From Balanoglossus misakiensis (lineage: Eukaryota; Animalia; Hemichordata): DNA of 64,000 nucleotides. Below, in pieces: positions 1-12,885 of the stretch. The notes under the pieces are model-generated. The model saw only the letters and a list, made by a program, of their open reading frames with translations. It searched no databases and had not been told where the DNA came from. The stretch's first letter is position 1. Each line of letters starts with the position of its first letter. The position numbers were made by a program, and so were the translations under genes. The stretch is taken from contig CM082580.2 of the NCBI GenBank assembly GCA_040954595.2, positions 13,132,242 to 13,196,241 on the forward strand, given 5' to 3'.

Positions 1-3000
1 TCATTTTTTGATGATTTCATGGGCTATAACCCATGGTTTTTTTCAAAAATCGACGAAATTTTGAGATTCCGCAAAGTCGAAAATTTTTCATTTTTTGATG
101 ATTTCATGGGCTATAACCCATGGTTTTTTTCAAAAATCGACGAAATTTTGAGATTCCGCAAAGTCGAAAATTTTTCATTTTTTGATGATTTCATGGGCTA
201 TAACCCATGGTTTTTTTCAAAAATCGACGAAATATTGAGATTCCGCAAAGTTTTAAAATTTTTCATTTTTTGATGATTTCATGGGCTATAACCCATGGTT
301 TTTTCAAAAATCGACGAAATTTTGAGATTCCGCAAAGTCGAAAATTTTCATTTTTTGATGATTTCATGGGCTATAACCCATGGTTTTTTTTCAAAAATCG
401 ACGAAATTTTGAGATTCCGCAAAGTCGAAAATTTTTCATTTTTTGACGATTTCATGGGCTATAACCCATGGTTTTTTTCAAAAATCGACGAAATTTTGAG
501 ATTCCGCAAAGTCGAAAATTTTTCATTTTTTTGATGATTTCATGGGCTATAACCCATGGTTTTTTTCAAAAATCGACGAAATTTTGAGATTCCGCAAAGT
601 CGAAAATTTTTCATTTTTTGATGATTTCATGGGCTATAACCCATGGTTTTTTTCAAAAATCGACGAAATTTTGAGATTCCGCAAAGTCGAAAATTTTTCA
701 TTTTTTGATGATTTCATGGGCTATAACCCATGGTTTTTTTCAAAAATCGACGAAATTTTGAGATTCCGCAAAGTCGAAAATTTTTCATTTTTTGATGATT
801 TCATGGGCTATAACCCATGGTTTTTTTCAAAAATCGACGAAATTTTGAGATTCCGCAAAGTCGAAAATTTTTCATTTTTTGATGATTTCATGGCTATAAC
901 CCATGGTTTTTTTCAAAAATCGACGAAATTTTGAGATTCCGCAAAGTCGAAAATTTTTCATTTTTTGATGATTTCATGGGCTATAACCCATGGTTTTTTT
1001 CAAAAATCGACGAAATTTTGAGATTCCGCAAAGTCGAAAATTTTTCATTTTTTGACGATTTCATGGGCTATAACCCATGGTTTTTTTCAAAAATCGACGA
1101 AATTTTGAGATTCCGCAAAGTCGAACATTTTTCATTTTTTGACGATTTCATGGGCTATAACCCATGGTTTTTTTCAAAAATCGACGAAATTTTGAGATTC
1201 CGCAAAGTCGAAAATTTTTCATTTTTTGATGATTTCATGGGCTACAACCCATGGTTTTTTTTCAAAAATCGACGAAATTTTGAGATTCCGCAAAGTCGAA
1301 AATTTTTCATTTTTTGACGATTTCATGGGCTATAACCCATGGTTTTTTTCAAAAATCGACGAAATTTTGAGATTCCGCAAAGTCGAAAATTTTTCATTTT
1401 TTGATGATTTCATGGGCTATAACCCATGGTTTTTTTCAAAAATCGACGAAATTTTGAGATTCCGCAAAGTCGAAAATTTTTCATTTTTTGATGATTTCAT
1501 GGGCTATAACCCATGGTTTTTTTCAAAAATCGACGAAATTTTGAGATTCCGCAAAGTCGAAAATTTTTCATTTTTTGACGATTTCATGGGCTATAACCCA
1601 TGGTTTTTTTCAAAAATCGACGAAATTTTGAGATTCCGCAAAGTCGAAAATTTTTCATTTTTTGACGATTTCATGGGCTATAACCCATGTTTTTTTTCAA
1701 AAATCGACGAAATTTTGAGATTCCGCAAAGTCGAAAATTTTTCATTTTTTGATGATTTCATGGGCTACAACCCATGTTTTTTTTCAAAAATCGACGAAAT
1801 TTTGAGATTCCGCAAAGTCGAAAATTTTTCATTTTTTGACGATTTCATGGGCTATAACCCATGGTTTTTTTCAAAAATCGACGAAATTTTGAGATTCCGC
1901 AAAGTCGAAAATTTTTCATTTTTTGATGATTTCATGGGCTATAACCCATGGTTTTTTTCAAAAATCGACGAAATTTTGAGATTCCGCAAAGTCGAAAATT
2001 TTTCATTTTTTGATGATTTCATGGGCTATAACCCATGGTTTTTTTCAAAAATCGACGAAATTTTGAGATTCCGCAAAGTCGAAAATTTTTCATTTTTTGA
2101 TGATTTCATGGGCTATAACCCATGGTTTTTTTCAAAAATCGACGAAATTTTGAGATTCCGCAAAGTCGAAAATTTTTCATTTTTTGATGATTTCATGGGC
2201 TATAACCCATGGTTTTTTTCAAAAATCGACGAAATTTTGAGATTCCGCAAAGTCGAAAATTTTTCATTTTTTGATGATTTCATGGGCTATAACCCATGGT
2301 TTTTTTCAAAAATCGACGAAATTTTGAGATTCCGCAAAGTCGAAAATTTTTCATTTTTTGATGATTTCATGGGCTATAACCCATGGTTTTTTTCAAAAAT
2401 CGACGAAATTTTGAGATTCCGCAAAGTCGAAAATTTTTCATTTTTTGATGATTTCATGGGCTATAACCCATGGTTTTTTTCAAAAATCGACGAAATTTTG
2501 AGATTCCGCAAAGTCGAAAATTTTTCATTTTTTGATGATTTCATGGGCTATAACCCATGGTTTTTTTCAAAAATCGACGAAATTTTGAGATTCCGCAAAG
2601 TCGAAAATTTTTCATTTTTTGATGATTTCATGGGCTATAACCCATGGTTTTTTTCAAAAATCGACGAAATTTTGGAGATTCCGCAAAGTCGAAAATTTTT
2701 CATTTTTTGATGATTTCATGGGCTATAACCCATGGTTTTTTTCAAAAATCGACGAAATATTGAGATTCCGCAAAGTTTAAAATTTTTCATTTTTTGATGA
2801 TTTCATGGGCTATAACCCATGGTTTTTTTCAAAAATCGACGAAATTTTGAGATTCCGCAAAGTCGAAAATTTTTCATTTTTTGATGATTTCATGGGCTAT
2901 AACCCATGTTTTTTTTCAAAAATCGACGAAATATTGAGATTCCGCAAAGTTTAAAATTTTTCATTTTTTGATGATTTCATGGGCTATAACCCATGGTTTT

Positions 3001-6000
3001 TTTCAAAAATCGACGAAATTTTGAGATTCCGCAAAGTCGAAATTTTTTCATTTTTTGATGATTTCATGGGCTATAACCCATGGTTTTTTTCAAAAATCGA
3101 CGAAATTTTGAGATTCCGCAAAGTCGAAAATTTTTCATTTTTTGATGATTTCATGGGCTATAACCCATGGTTTTTTTCAAAAATCGACGAAATTTTGAGA
3201 TTCCGCAAAGTCGAAAATTTTTCATTTTTTGATGATTTCATGGGCTATAACCCATGGTTTTTTTCAAAAATCGACGAAATATTGAGATTCCGCAAAGTCG
3301 AAAATTTTTCATTTTTTGATGATTTCATGGGCTATAACCCATGGTTTTTTTCAAAAATCGACGAAATTTTGAGATTCCGCAAAGTCGAAAATTTTTCATT
3401 TTTTGATGATTTCATGGGCTATAACCCATGGTTTTTTTCAAAAATCGACGAAATTTTGAGATTCCGCAAAGTCGAAAATTTTTCATTTTTTGACGATTTC
3501 ATGGGCTATAACCCATGGTTTTTTTCAAAAATCGACGAAATATTGAGATTCCGCAAAGTTTAAAATTTTTCATTTTTTGATGATTTCATGGGCTATAACC
3601 CATGGTTTTTTTCAAAAATCGACGAAATTTTGAGATTCCGCAAAGTCGAAAATTTTTCATTTTTTGATGATTTCATGGGCTATAACCCATGTTTTTTTTC
3701 AAAAATCGACGAAATATTGAGATTCCGCAAAGTTTAAAATTTTTCATTTTTTGATGATTTCATGGGCTATAACCCATGGTTTTTTTCAAAAATCGACGAA
3801 ATTTTGAGATTCCGCAAAGTCGAAAATTTTTCATTTTTTGTGATTTCATGGGCTATAACCCATGGTTTTTTTTCAAAATCGACGAAATTTTGAGATTCCG
3901 CAAAGTCGAAAATTTTTCATTTTTTGACGATTTCATGGGCTATAACCCATGGTTTTTTTCAAAAATCGACGAAATTTTGAGATTCCGCAAAGTCGAAAAT
4001 TTTTCATTTTTTGATGATTTCATGGGCTATAACCCATGGTTTTTTTCAAAAATCGACGAAATTTTGAGATTCCGCAAAGTCGAAAATTTTTCATTTTTTG
4101 ACGATTTCATGGGCTATAACCCATGGTTTTTTTCAAAAATCGACGAAATTTTGAGATTCCGCAAAGTCGAAAATTTTTCATTTTTTGATGATTTCATGGG
4201 CTATAACCCATGGTTTTTTTCAAAAATCGACGAAATTTTGAGATTCCGCAAAGTCGAAAATTTTTCATTTTTTGATGATTTCATGGGCTATAACCCATGG
4301 TTTTTTTCAAAAATCGACGAAATTTTGAGATTCCGCAAAGTCGAAAATTTTTCATTTTTTGATGATTTCATGGGCTATAACCCATGGTTTTTTTCAAAAA
4401 TCGACGAAATTTTGAGATTCCGCAAAGTCGAAAATTTTTCATTTTTTGATGATTTCATGGGCTATAACCCATGGTTTTTTTCAAAAATCGACGAAATTTT
4501 GAGATTCCGCAAAGTCGAAAATTTTTCATTTTTTGATGATTTCATGGGCTATAACCCATGGTTTTTTTCAAAAATCGACGAAATTTTGAGATTCCGCAAA
4601 GTCGAAAATTTTTCATTTTTTGATGATTTCATGGGCTATAACCCATGGTTTTTTTCAAAAATCGACGAAATTTTGAGATTCCGCAAAGTCGAAAATTTTT
4701 CATTTTTTGATGATTTCATGGGCTATAACCCATGGTTTTTTTCAAAAATCGACGAAATATTGAGATTCCGCAAAGTTTAAAATTTTTCATTTTTTGATGA
4801 TTTCATGGGCTATAACCCATGGTTTTTTTCAAAAATCGACGAAATTTTGAGATACCGCAAAGTCGAAAATTTTTCATTTTTTGATGATTTCATGGGCTAT
4901 AACCCATGGTTTTTTTCAAAAATCGACGAAATTTTGAGATTCCGCGAAGTCGAAAATTTTTCATTTTTTGACGATTTCATGGGCTATAACCCATGGTTTT
5001 TTTCAAAAATCGACGAAATTTTGAGATTCCGCAAAGTCGAAAATTTTTCATTTTTTGACGATTTCATGGGCTATAACCCATGGTTTTTTTCAAAAATCGA
5101 CGAAATTTTGAGATTCCGCAAAGACGAAAATTTTTCATTTTTTGACGATTTCATGGGCTATAACCCATGGTTTTTTTCAAAAATCGACGAAATTTTGAGA
5201 TTCCGCAAAGTCGAAAATTTTTCATTTTTTGATGATTTCATGGGCTATAAACTATAACCCATGGTTTTTTTCAAAAATCGACGAAATTTTGAGATTCCGC
5301 AAAGTCGAAAATTTTTCATTTTTTGATGATTTCATGGGCTATAACCCATGGTTTTTTTCAAAAATCGACGAAATTTTGAGATTCCGCAAAGTCGAAAATT
5401 TTTCATTTTTTGATGATTTCATGGGCTATAACCCATAGTTTTTTTCAAAAATCGACGAAATTTTGAGATTCCGCAAAGTCGAAAATTTTTCATTTTTTGA
5501 TGATTTCATGGGCTATAACCCATGGTTTTTTTCAAAAATCGACGAAATTTTGAGATTCCGCAAAGTCGAAAATTTTTCATTTTTTGATGATTTCATGGGC
5601 TATAACCCATGGTTTTTTTCAAAAATCGACGAAATTTTGAGATTCCACAAAGTCGAAAATTTTTCATTTTTTGATGATTTCATGGGCTATAACCCATGGT
5701 TTTTTTCAAAAATCGACGAAATTTTGAGATTCCGCAAAGTTTAAAATTTTTCATTTTTTGATGATTTCATGGGCTATAACCCATGGTTTTTTTCAAAAAT
5801 CGACGAAATTTTGAGATTCCGCAAAGTCAAAAATTTTTCATTTTTTGACGATTTCATGGGCTATAACCCATGGTTTTTTTCAAAAATCGACGAAATATTG
5901 AGATTCCGCAAAGTCGAAAATTTTTCATTTTTTGACGATTTCATGGGCTATAACCCATGGTTTTTTTCAAAAATCGACGAAATTTTGAGATTCCGCAAAG

Positions 6001-9000
6001 TCGAAAATTTTTCATTTTTTGACGATTTCATGGGCTATAACCCATGGTTTTTTTCAAAAATCGACGAAATTTTGAGATTCCGCAAAGTCGAAAATTTTTC
6101 ATTTTTTGACGATTTCATGGGCTATAACCCATGGTTTTTTTCAAAAATCGACGAAATTTTGAGATTCCGCAAAGTCGAAAATTTTTCATTTTTTGATGAT
6201 TTCATGGGCTATAACCCATGGTTTTTTTCAAAAATCGACGAAATTTTGAGATTCCGCAAAGTCGAAAATTTTTCATTTTTTGACGATTTCATGGGCTATA
6301 ACCCATGGTTTTTTTCAAAAATCGACGAAATTTTGAGATTCCGCAAAGTCGAAAATTTTTCATTTTTTGACGATTTCATGGGCTATAACCCATGGTTTTT
6401 TTCAAAAATCGACGAAATTTTGAGATTCCGCAAAGTCGAAAATTTTTCATTTTTTGACGATTTCATGGGCTATAACCCATGGTTTTTTTCAAAAATCGAC
6501 GAAATTTTGAGATTCCGCAAAGTCGAAAATTTTTCATTTTTTGACGATTTCATGGGCTATAACCCATGGTTTTTTTCAAAAATCGACGAAATTTTGAGAT
6601 TCCGCAAAGTCGAAAATTTTTCATTTTTTGATGATTTCATGGGCTATAACCCATGGTTTTTTTCAAAAATCGACGAAATTTTGAGATTCCGCAAAGTCGA
6701 AAATTTTTCATTTTTTGATGATTTCATGGGCTATAACCCATGGTTTTTTTCAAAAATCGACGAAATTTTGAGATTCCGCAAAGTCGAAAATTTTTCATTT
6801 TTTGATGATTTCATGGGCTATAACCCATGGTTTTTTTCAAAAATCGACGAAATTTTGAGATTCCACAAAGTCGAAAATTTTTCATTTTTTGATGATTTCA
6901 TGGGCTATAACCCATGGTTTTTTTCAAAAATCGACGAAATTTTGCGATTCCGCAAAGTTTAAAATTTTTCATTTTTTGATGATTTCATGGGCTATAACCC
7001 ATGGTTTTTTTCAAAAATCGACGAAATTTTGAGATTCCGCAAAGTCAAAAATTTTTCATTTTTTGACGATTTCATGGGCTATAACCCATGGTTTTTTTCA
7101 AAAATCGACGAAATATTGAGATTCCGCAAAGTCGAAAATTTTTCATTTTTTGACGATTTCATGGGCTATAACCCATGGTTTTTTTCAAAAATCGACGAAA
7201 TTTTGAGATTCCGCAAAGTCGAAAATTTTTCATTTTTTGACGATTTCATGGGCTATAACCCATGGTTTTTTTCAAAAATCGACGAAATTTTGAGATTCCG
7301 CAAAGTCGAAAATTTTTCATTTTTTGACGATTTCATGGGCTATAACCCATGGTTTTTTTCAAAAATCGACGAAATTTTGAGATTCCACAAAGTCGAAAAT
7401 TTTTCATTTTTTGATGATTTCATGGGCTATAACCCATGGTTTTTTTCAAAAATCGACGAAATTTTGAGATTCCACAAAGTCGAAAATTTTTCATTTTTTG
7501 ATGATTTCATGGGCTATAACCCATGGTTTTTTTCAAAAATCGACGAAATTTTGAGATTCCGCAAAGTTTAAAATTTTTCATTTTTTGATGATTTCATGGG
7601 CTATAACCCATGGTTTTTTTCAAAAATCGACGAAATTTTGAGATTCCGCAAAGTCAAAAATTTTTCATTTTTTGACGATTTCATGGGCTATAACCCATGG
7701 TTTTTTTCAAAAATCGACGAAATATTGAGATTCCGCAAAGTCGAAAATTTTTCATTTTTTGACGATTTCATGGGCTATAACCCATGGTTTTTTTCAAAAA
7801 TCGACGAAATTTTGAGATTCCGCAAAGTCGAAAATTTTTCATTTTTTGACGATTTCATGGGCTATAACCCATGGTTTTTTTCAAAAATCGACGAAATTTT
7901 GAGATTCCGCAAAGTCGAAAATTTTTCATTTTTTGACGATTTCATGGGCTATAACCCATGGTTTTTTTCAAAAATCGACGAAATTTTGAGATTCCGCAAA
8001 GTCGAAAATTTTTCATTTTTTGATGATTTCATGGGCTATAACCCATGGTTTTTTTCAAAAATCGACGAAATTTTGAGATTCCGCAAAGTCGAAAATTTTT
8101 CATTTTTTGACGATTTCATGGGCTATAACCCATGGTTTTTTTCAAAAATCGACGAAATTTTGAGATTCCGCAAAGTCGAAAATTTTTCATTTTTTGATGA
8201 TTTCATGGGCTATAACCCATGGTTTTTTTCAAAAATCGACGAAATTTTGAGATTCCGCAAAGTCGAAAATTTTTCATTTTTTGATGATTTCATGGGCTAT
8301 AACCCATGGTTTTTTTCAAAAATCGACGAAATTTTGAGATTCCGCAAAGTCGAAAATTTTTCATTTTTTGATGATTTCATGGGCTATAACCCATGGTTTT
8401 TTTCAAAAATCGACGAAATTTTGAGATTCCACAAAGTCGAAAATTTTTCATTTTTTGATGATTTCATGGGCTATAACCCATGGTTTTTTTCAAAAATCGA
8501 CGAAATTTTGCGATTCCGCAAAGTTTAAAATTTTTCATTTTTTGATGATTTCATGGGCTATAACCCATGGTTTTTTTCAAAAATCGACGAAATTTTGAGA
8601 TTCCGCAAAGTCAAAAATTTTTCATTTTTTGACGATTTCATGGGCTATAACCCATGGTTTTTTTCAAAAATCGACGAAATATTGAGATTCCGCAAAGTCG
8701 AAAATTTTTCATTTTTTGACGATTTCATGGGCTATAACCCATGGTTTTTTTCAAAAATCGACGAAATTTTGAGATTCCGCAAAGTCGAAAATTTTTCATT
8801 TTTTGACGATTTCATGGGCTATAACCCATGGTTTTTTTCAAAAATCGACGAAATTTTGAGATTCCGCAAAGTCGAAAATTTTTCATTTTTTGACGATTTC
8901 ATGGGCTATAACCCATGGTTTTTTTCAAAAATCGACGAAATTTTGAGATTCCGCAAAGTCGAAAATTTTTCATTTTTTGATGATTTCATGGGCTATAACC

Positions 9001-12000
9001 CATGGTTTTTTTCAAAAATCGACGAAATTTTGAGATTCCGCAAAGTCGAAAATTTTTCATTTTTTGATGATTTCATGGGCTATAACCCATGGTTTTTTTC
9101 AAAAATCGACGAAATTTTGAGATTCCGCAAAGTCGAAAATTTTTCATTTTTTGATGATTTCATGGGCTATAACCCATGGTTTTTTTCAAAAATCGACGAA
9201 ATTTTGAGATTCCGCAAAGTCGAAAATTTTTCATTTTTTGATGATTTCATGGGCTATAACCCATGGTTTTTTTCAAAAATCGACGAAATTTTGAGATTCC
9301 GCAAAGTCGAAATTTTTTCATTTTTTGATGATTTCATGGGCTATAACCCATGGTTTTTTTCAAAAATCGACGAAATATTGAGATTCCGCAAAGTTTAAAA
9401 TTTTTCATTTTTTGATGATTTCATGGGCTATAACCCATGGTTTTTTTCAAAAATCGACGAAATTTTGAGATTCCGCAAAGTCGAAAATTTTTCATTTTTT
9501 GACGATTTCATGGGCTATAACCCATGGTTTTTTTCAAAAATCGACGAAATTTTGAGATTCCGCAAAGTCGAAAATTTTTCATTTTTTGACGATTTCATGG
9601 GCTATAACCCATGGTTTTTTTCAAAAATCGACGAAATTTTGAGATTCCGCAAAGTCGAAAATTTTTCATTTTTTGACGATTTCATGGGCTATAACCCATG
9701 GTTTTTTTCAAAAATCGACGAAATTTTGAGATTCCGCAAAGTCGAAAATTTTTCATTTTTTGACGATTTCATGGGCTATAACCCATGGTTTTTTTCAAAA
9801 ATCGACGAAATTTTGAGATTCCGCAAAGTCGAAAATTTTTCATTTTTTGATGATTTCATGGGCTATAACCCATGGTTTTTTTCAAAAATCGACGAAATTT
9901 TGAGATTCCGCAAAGTCGAAAATTTTTCATTTTTTGATGATTTCATGGGCTATAACCCATGGTTTTTTTCAAAAATCGACGAAATTTTGAGATTCCGCAC
10001 AGTCGAAAATTTTTCATTTTTTGACGATTTCATGGGCTATAACCCATGGTTTTTTTCAAAAATCGACGAAATTTTGAGATTCCGCAAAGTCGAAAATTTT
10101 TCATTTTTTGACGATTTCATGGGCTATAACCCATGGTTTTTTTCAAAAATCGACGAAATTTTGAGATTCCGCAAAGTCGAAAATTTTTCATTTTTTGACG
10201 ATTTCATGGGCTATAACCCATGGTTTTTTTCAAAAATCGACGAAATTTTGAGATTCCGCAAAGTCGAAAATTTTTCATTTTTTGATGATTTCATGGGCTA
10301 TAACCCATGGTTTTTTTCAAAAATCGACGAAATTTTGAGATTCCGCAAAGTCGAAAATTTTTCATTTTTTGATGATTTCATGGGCTATAACCCATGGTTT
10401 TTTTCAAAAATCGACGAAATTTTGAGATTCCGCAAAGTCGAAAATTTTTCATTTTTTGATGATTTCATGAGCTATAACCCATGGTTTTTTTCAAAAATCG
10501 ACGAAATTTTGAGATTCCGCAAAGTCGAAAATTTTTCATTTTTTGACGATTTCATGGGCTATAACCCATGGTTTTTTTCAAAAATCGACGAAATTTTGAG
10601 ATTCCGCAAAGTCGAAAATTTTTCATTTTTTGACGATTTCATGGGCTATAACCCATGGTTTTTTTCAAAAATCGACGAAATTTTGAGATTCCGCAAAGTC
10701 GAAAATTTTTCATTTTTTGATGATTTCATGGGCTATAACCCATGGTTTTTTTCAAAAATCGACGAAATTTTGAGATTCCGCAAAGTCGAAAATTTTTCAT
10801 TTTTTGATGATTTCATGGGCTATAACCCATGGTTTTTTTCAAAAATCGACGAAATTTTGAGATTCCGCAAAGTCGAAAATTTTTCATTTTTTGATGATTT
10901 CATGGGCTATAACCCATGGTTTTTTTCAAAAATCGACGAAATTTTGAGATTCCGCAAAGTCGAAAATTTTTCATTTTTTGATGATTTCATGGGCTATAAC
11001 CCATGGTTTTTTTCAAAAATCGACGAAATTTTGAGATTCCGCAAAGTCGAAAATTTTTCATTTTTTGATGATTTCATGGGCTATAACCCATGGTTTTTTT
11101 TCAAAAATCGACGAAATATTGAGATTCCGCAAAGTTTAAAATTTTTCATTTTTTGATGATTTCATGGGCTATAACCCATGGTTTTTTTCAAAAATCGACG
11201 AAATTTTGAGATTCCGCAAAGTCGAAAATTTTTCATTTTTTGACGATTTCATGGGCTATAACCCATGGTTTTTTTCAAAAATCGACGAAATTTTGAGATT
11301 CCGCAAAGTCGAAAATTTTTCATTTTTTGATGATTTCATGGGCTATAACCCATGGTTTTTTTCAAAAATCGACGAAATTTTGAGATTCCGCAAAGTCGAA
11401 AATTTTTCATTTTTTGATGATTTCATGGGCTATAACCCATGGTTTTTTTCAAAAATCGACGAAATTTTGAGATTCCGCAAAGTCGAAAATTTTTCATTTT
11501 TTGATGATTTCATGGGCTATAACCCATGGTTTTTTTTTCAAAAATCGACGAAATATTGAGATTCCGCAAAGTTTAAAATTTTTCATTTTTTGATGATTTC
11601 ATGGGCTATAACCCATGGTTTTTTTCAAAAATCGACGAAATTTTGAGATTCCGCAAAGTCGAAAATTTTTCATTTTTTGACGATTTCATGGGCTATAACC
11701 CATGGTTTTTTTCAAAAATCGACGAAATATTGAGATTCCGCAAAGTCGAAAATTTTTCATTTTTTGACGATTTCATGGGCTATAACCCATGGTTTTTTTC
11801 AAAAATCGACGAAATTTTGAGATTCCGCAAAGTCGAAAATTTTTCATTTTTTGACGATTTCATGGGCTATAACCCATGGTTTTTTTCAAAAATCGACGAA
11901 ATTTTGAGATTCCGCAAAGTCGAAAATTTTTCATTTTTTGATGATTTCATGGGCTATAACCCATGGTTTTTTTCAAAAATCGACGAAATTTTGAGATTCC

Positions 12001-12489
12001 GCAAAGTCGAAAATTTTTCATTTTTTGATGATTTCATGGGCTATAACCCATGGTTTTTTTCAAAAATCGACGAAATTTTGAGATTCCGCAAAGTCGAAAA
12101 TTTTTCATTTTTTGATGATTTCATGGGCTATAACCCATGGTTTTTTTCAAAAATCGACGAAATTTTGAGATTCCGCAAAGTCGAAAATTTTTCATTTTTT
12201 GACGATTTCATGGGCTATAACCCATGGTTTTTTTCAAAAATCGACGAAATTTTGAGATTCCGCAAAGTCGAAAATTTTTCATTTTTTGACGATTTCATGG
12301 GCTATAACCCATGGTTTTTTTCAAAAATCGACGAAATTTTGAGATTCCGCAAAGTCGAAAATTTTTCATTTTTTGATGATTTCATGGGCTATATAACCCA
12401 TGGTTTTTTTCAAAAATCGACGAAATTTTGAGATTCCGCAAAGTCGAAAATTTTTCATTTTTTGATGATTTCATGAGCTATAACCCATG
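1..12489. repeat. 87-bp tandem satellite array (~143 monomers, runs off the left edge); consensus TCATTTTTTGATGATTTCATGGGCTATAACCCATGGTTTTTTTCAAAAATCGACGAAATTTTGAGATTCCGCAAAGTCGAAAATTTT
   Basis: Head-to-tail repeats with an 87-bp period are directly visible. Variants are only scattered substitutions and homopolymer indels. The array ends abruptly at ...TAACCCATG|ATTG (12489). Confidence 0.99.
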
Positions 12490-12552
12490 ATTGATGAATG
12501 GAAGCAAAGATATCACAATTTTATAAAGTATCTCTATATTGACACTTTGAAT

Positions 12553-12602
12553 ACACACACACGTTAAGCATTTTTTAAAATCAATAGTGACTTTTCTTTA
12601 TT
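12553..12602 (-). terminator. Candidate RFX4 polyadenylation site: AATAAA (12602-12597) with a downstream GU-rich element (GTGTGTGTGT, 12562-12553)
   Basis: Canonical hexamer plus a GT tract ~35 nt downstream on the minus strand, at the end of a T-rich (minus-strand) 2.7-kb stretch after the stop codon. Confidence 0.45.
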
Positions 12603-12871
12603 CATTAAGAGATCAAGACATCCAATATATAACAATCTAGGTTAATGCTTTTATATGAAATAAAATCAAGAAGAAGCTGTTTAATAAATAATTAAATTAA
12701 AAACTAAACATAAAAGAAACATCTCTGATTGACTGACAGAATTTTCAATGAAAGACCACATTATTAACAGCATCTTTTTCTTGTTAAGTGCACTTTGTAT
12801 TTTTTCTATTCTACCATTACTAACAACAGTGGTATGTCGTTTCTCAACTTCCATTTGACGTGGGCGTGTCC

Positions 12872-12885
12872 ATTGCCATAGCAAC
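12872..12885. promoter_or_regulatory. RFX X-box-like motif ATTGCCATAGCAAC
   Basis: Imperfect palindrome matching the RFX consensus GTTGCC-AT-RGCAAC with one terminal mismatch. Confidence 0.4.

Noticed and set aside
17-45. Satellite hairpin as an RFX X-box (decoy array)
   Set aside because: CATGG cores are present but the flanks lack the GTT/AAC half-site ends; poor match to the consensus.
200-11540. T7/T8/T9 and other single-base indels among monomers as biological variants
   Set aside because: Homopolymer-length differences are typical long-read consensus errors and cannot be trusted without reads.
19-12431. Long ORFs (up to 577 aa) of repeated MGYNPWFFSKIDEILRFRKVENFSFFDDF
   Set aside because: They follow from an 87-bp (29-codon) monomer with one stop-free frame. 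Stops and frameshifts are scattered and even amplified in the higher-order repeats, and there are no unique flanking domains.
1-12489. CRISPR array, or an array of intrinsic terminators (hairpin + T7)
   Set aside because: There are no unique spacers or cas genes, and the context is a spliceosomal-intron animal gene.
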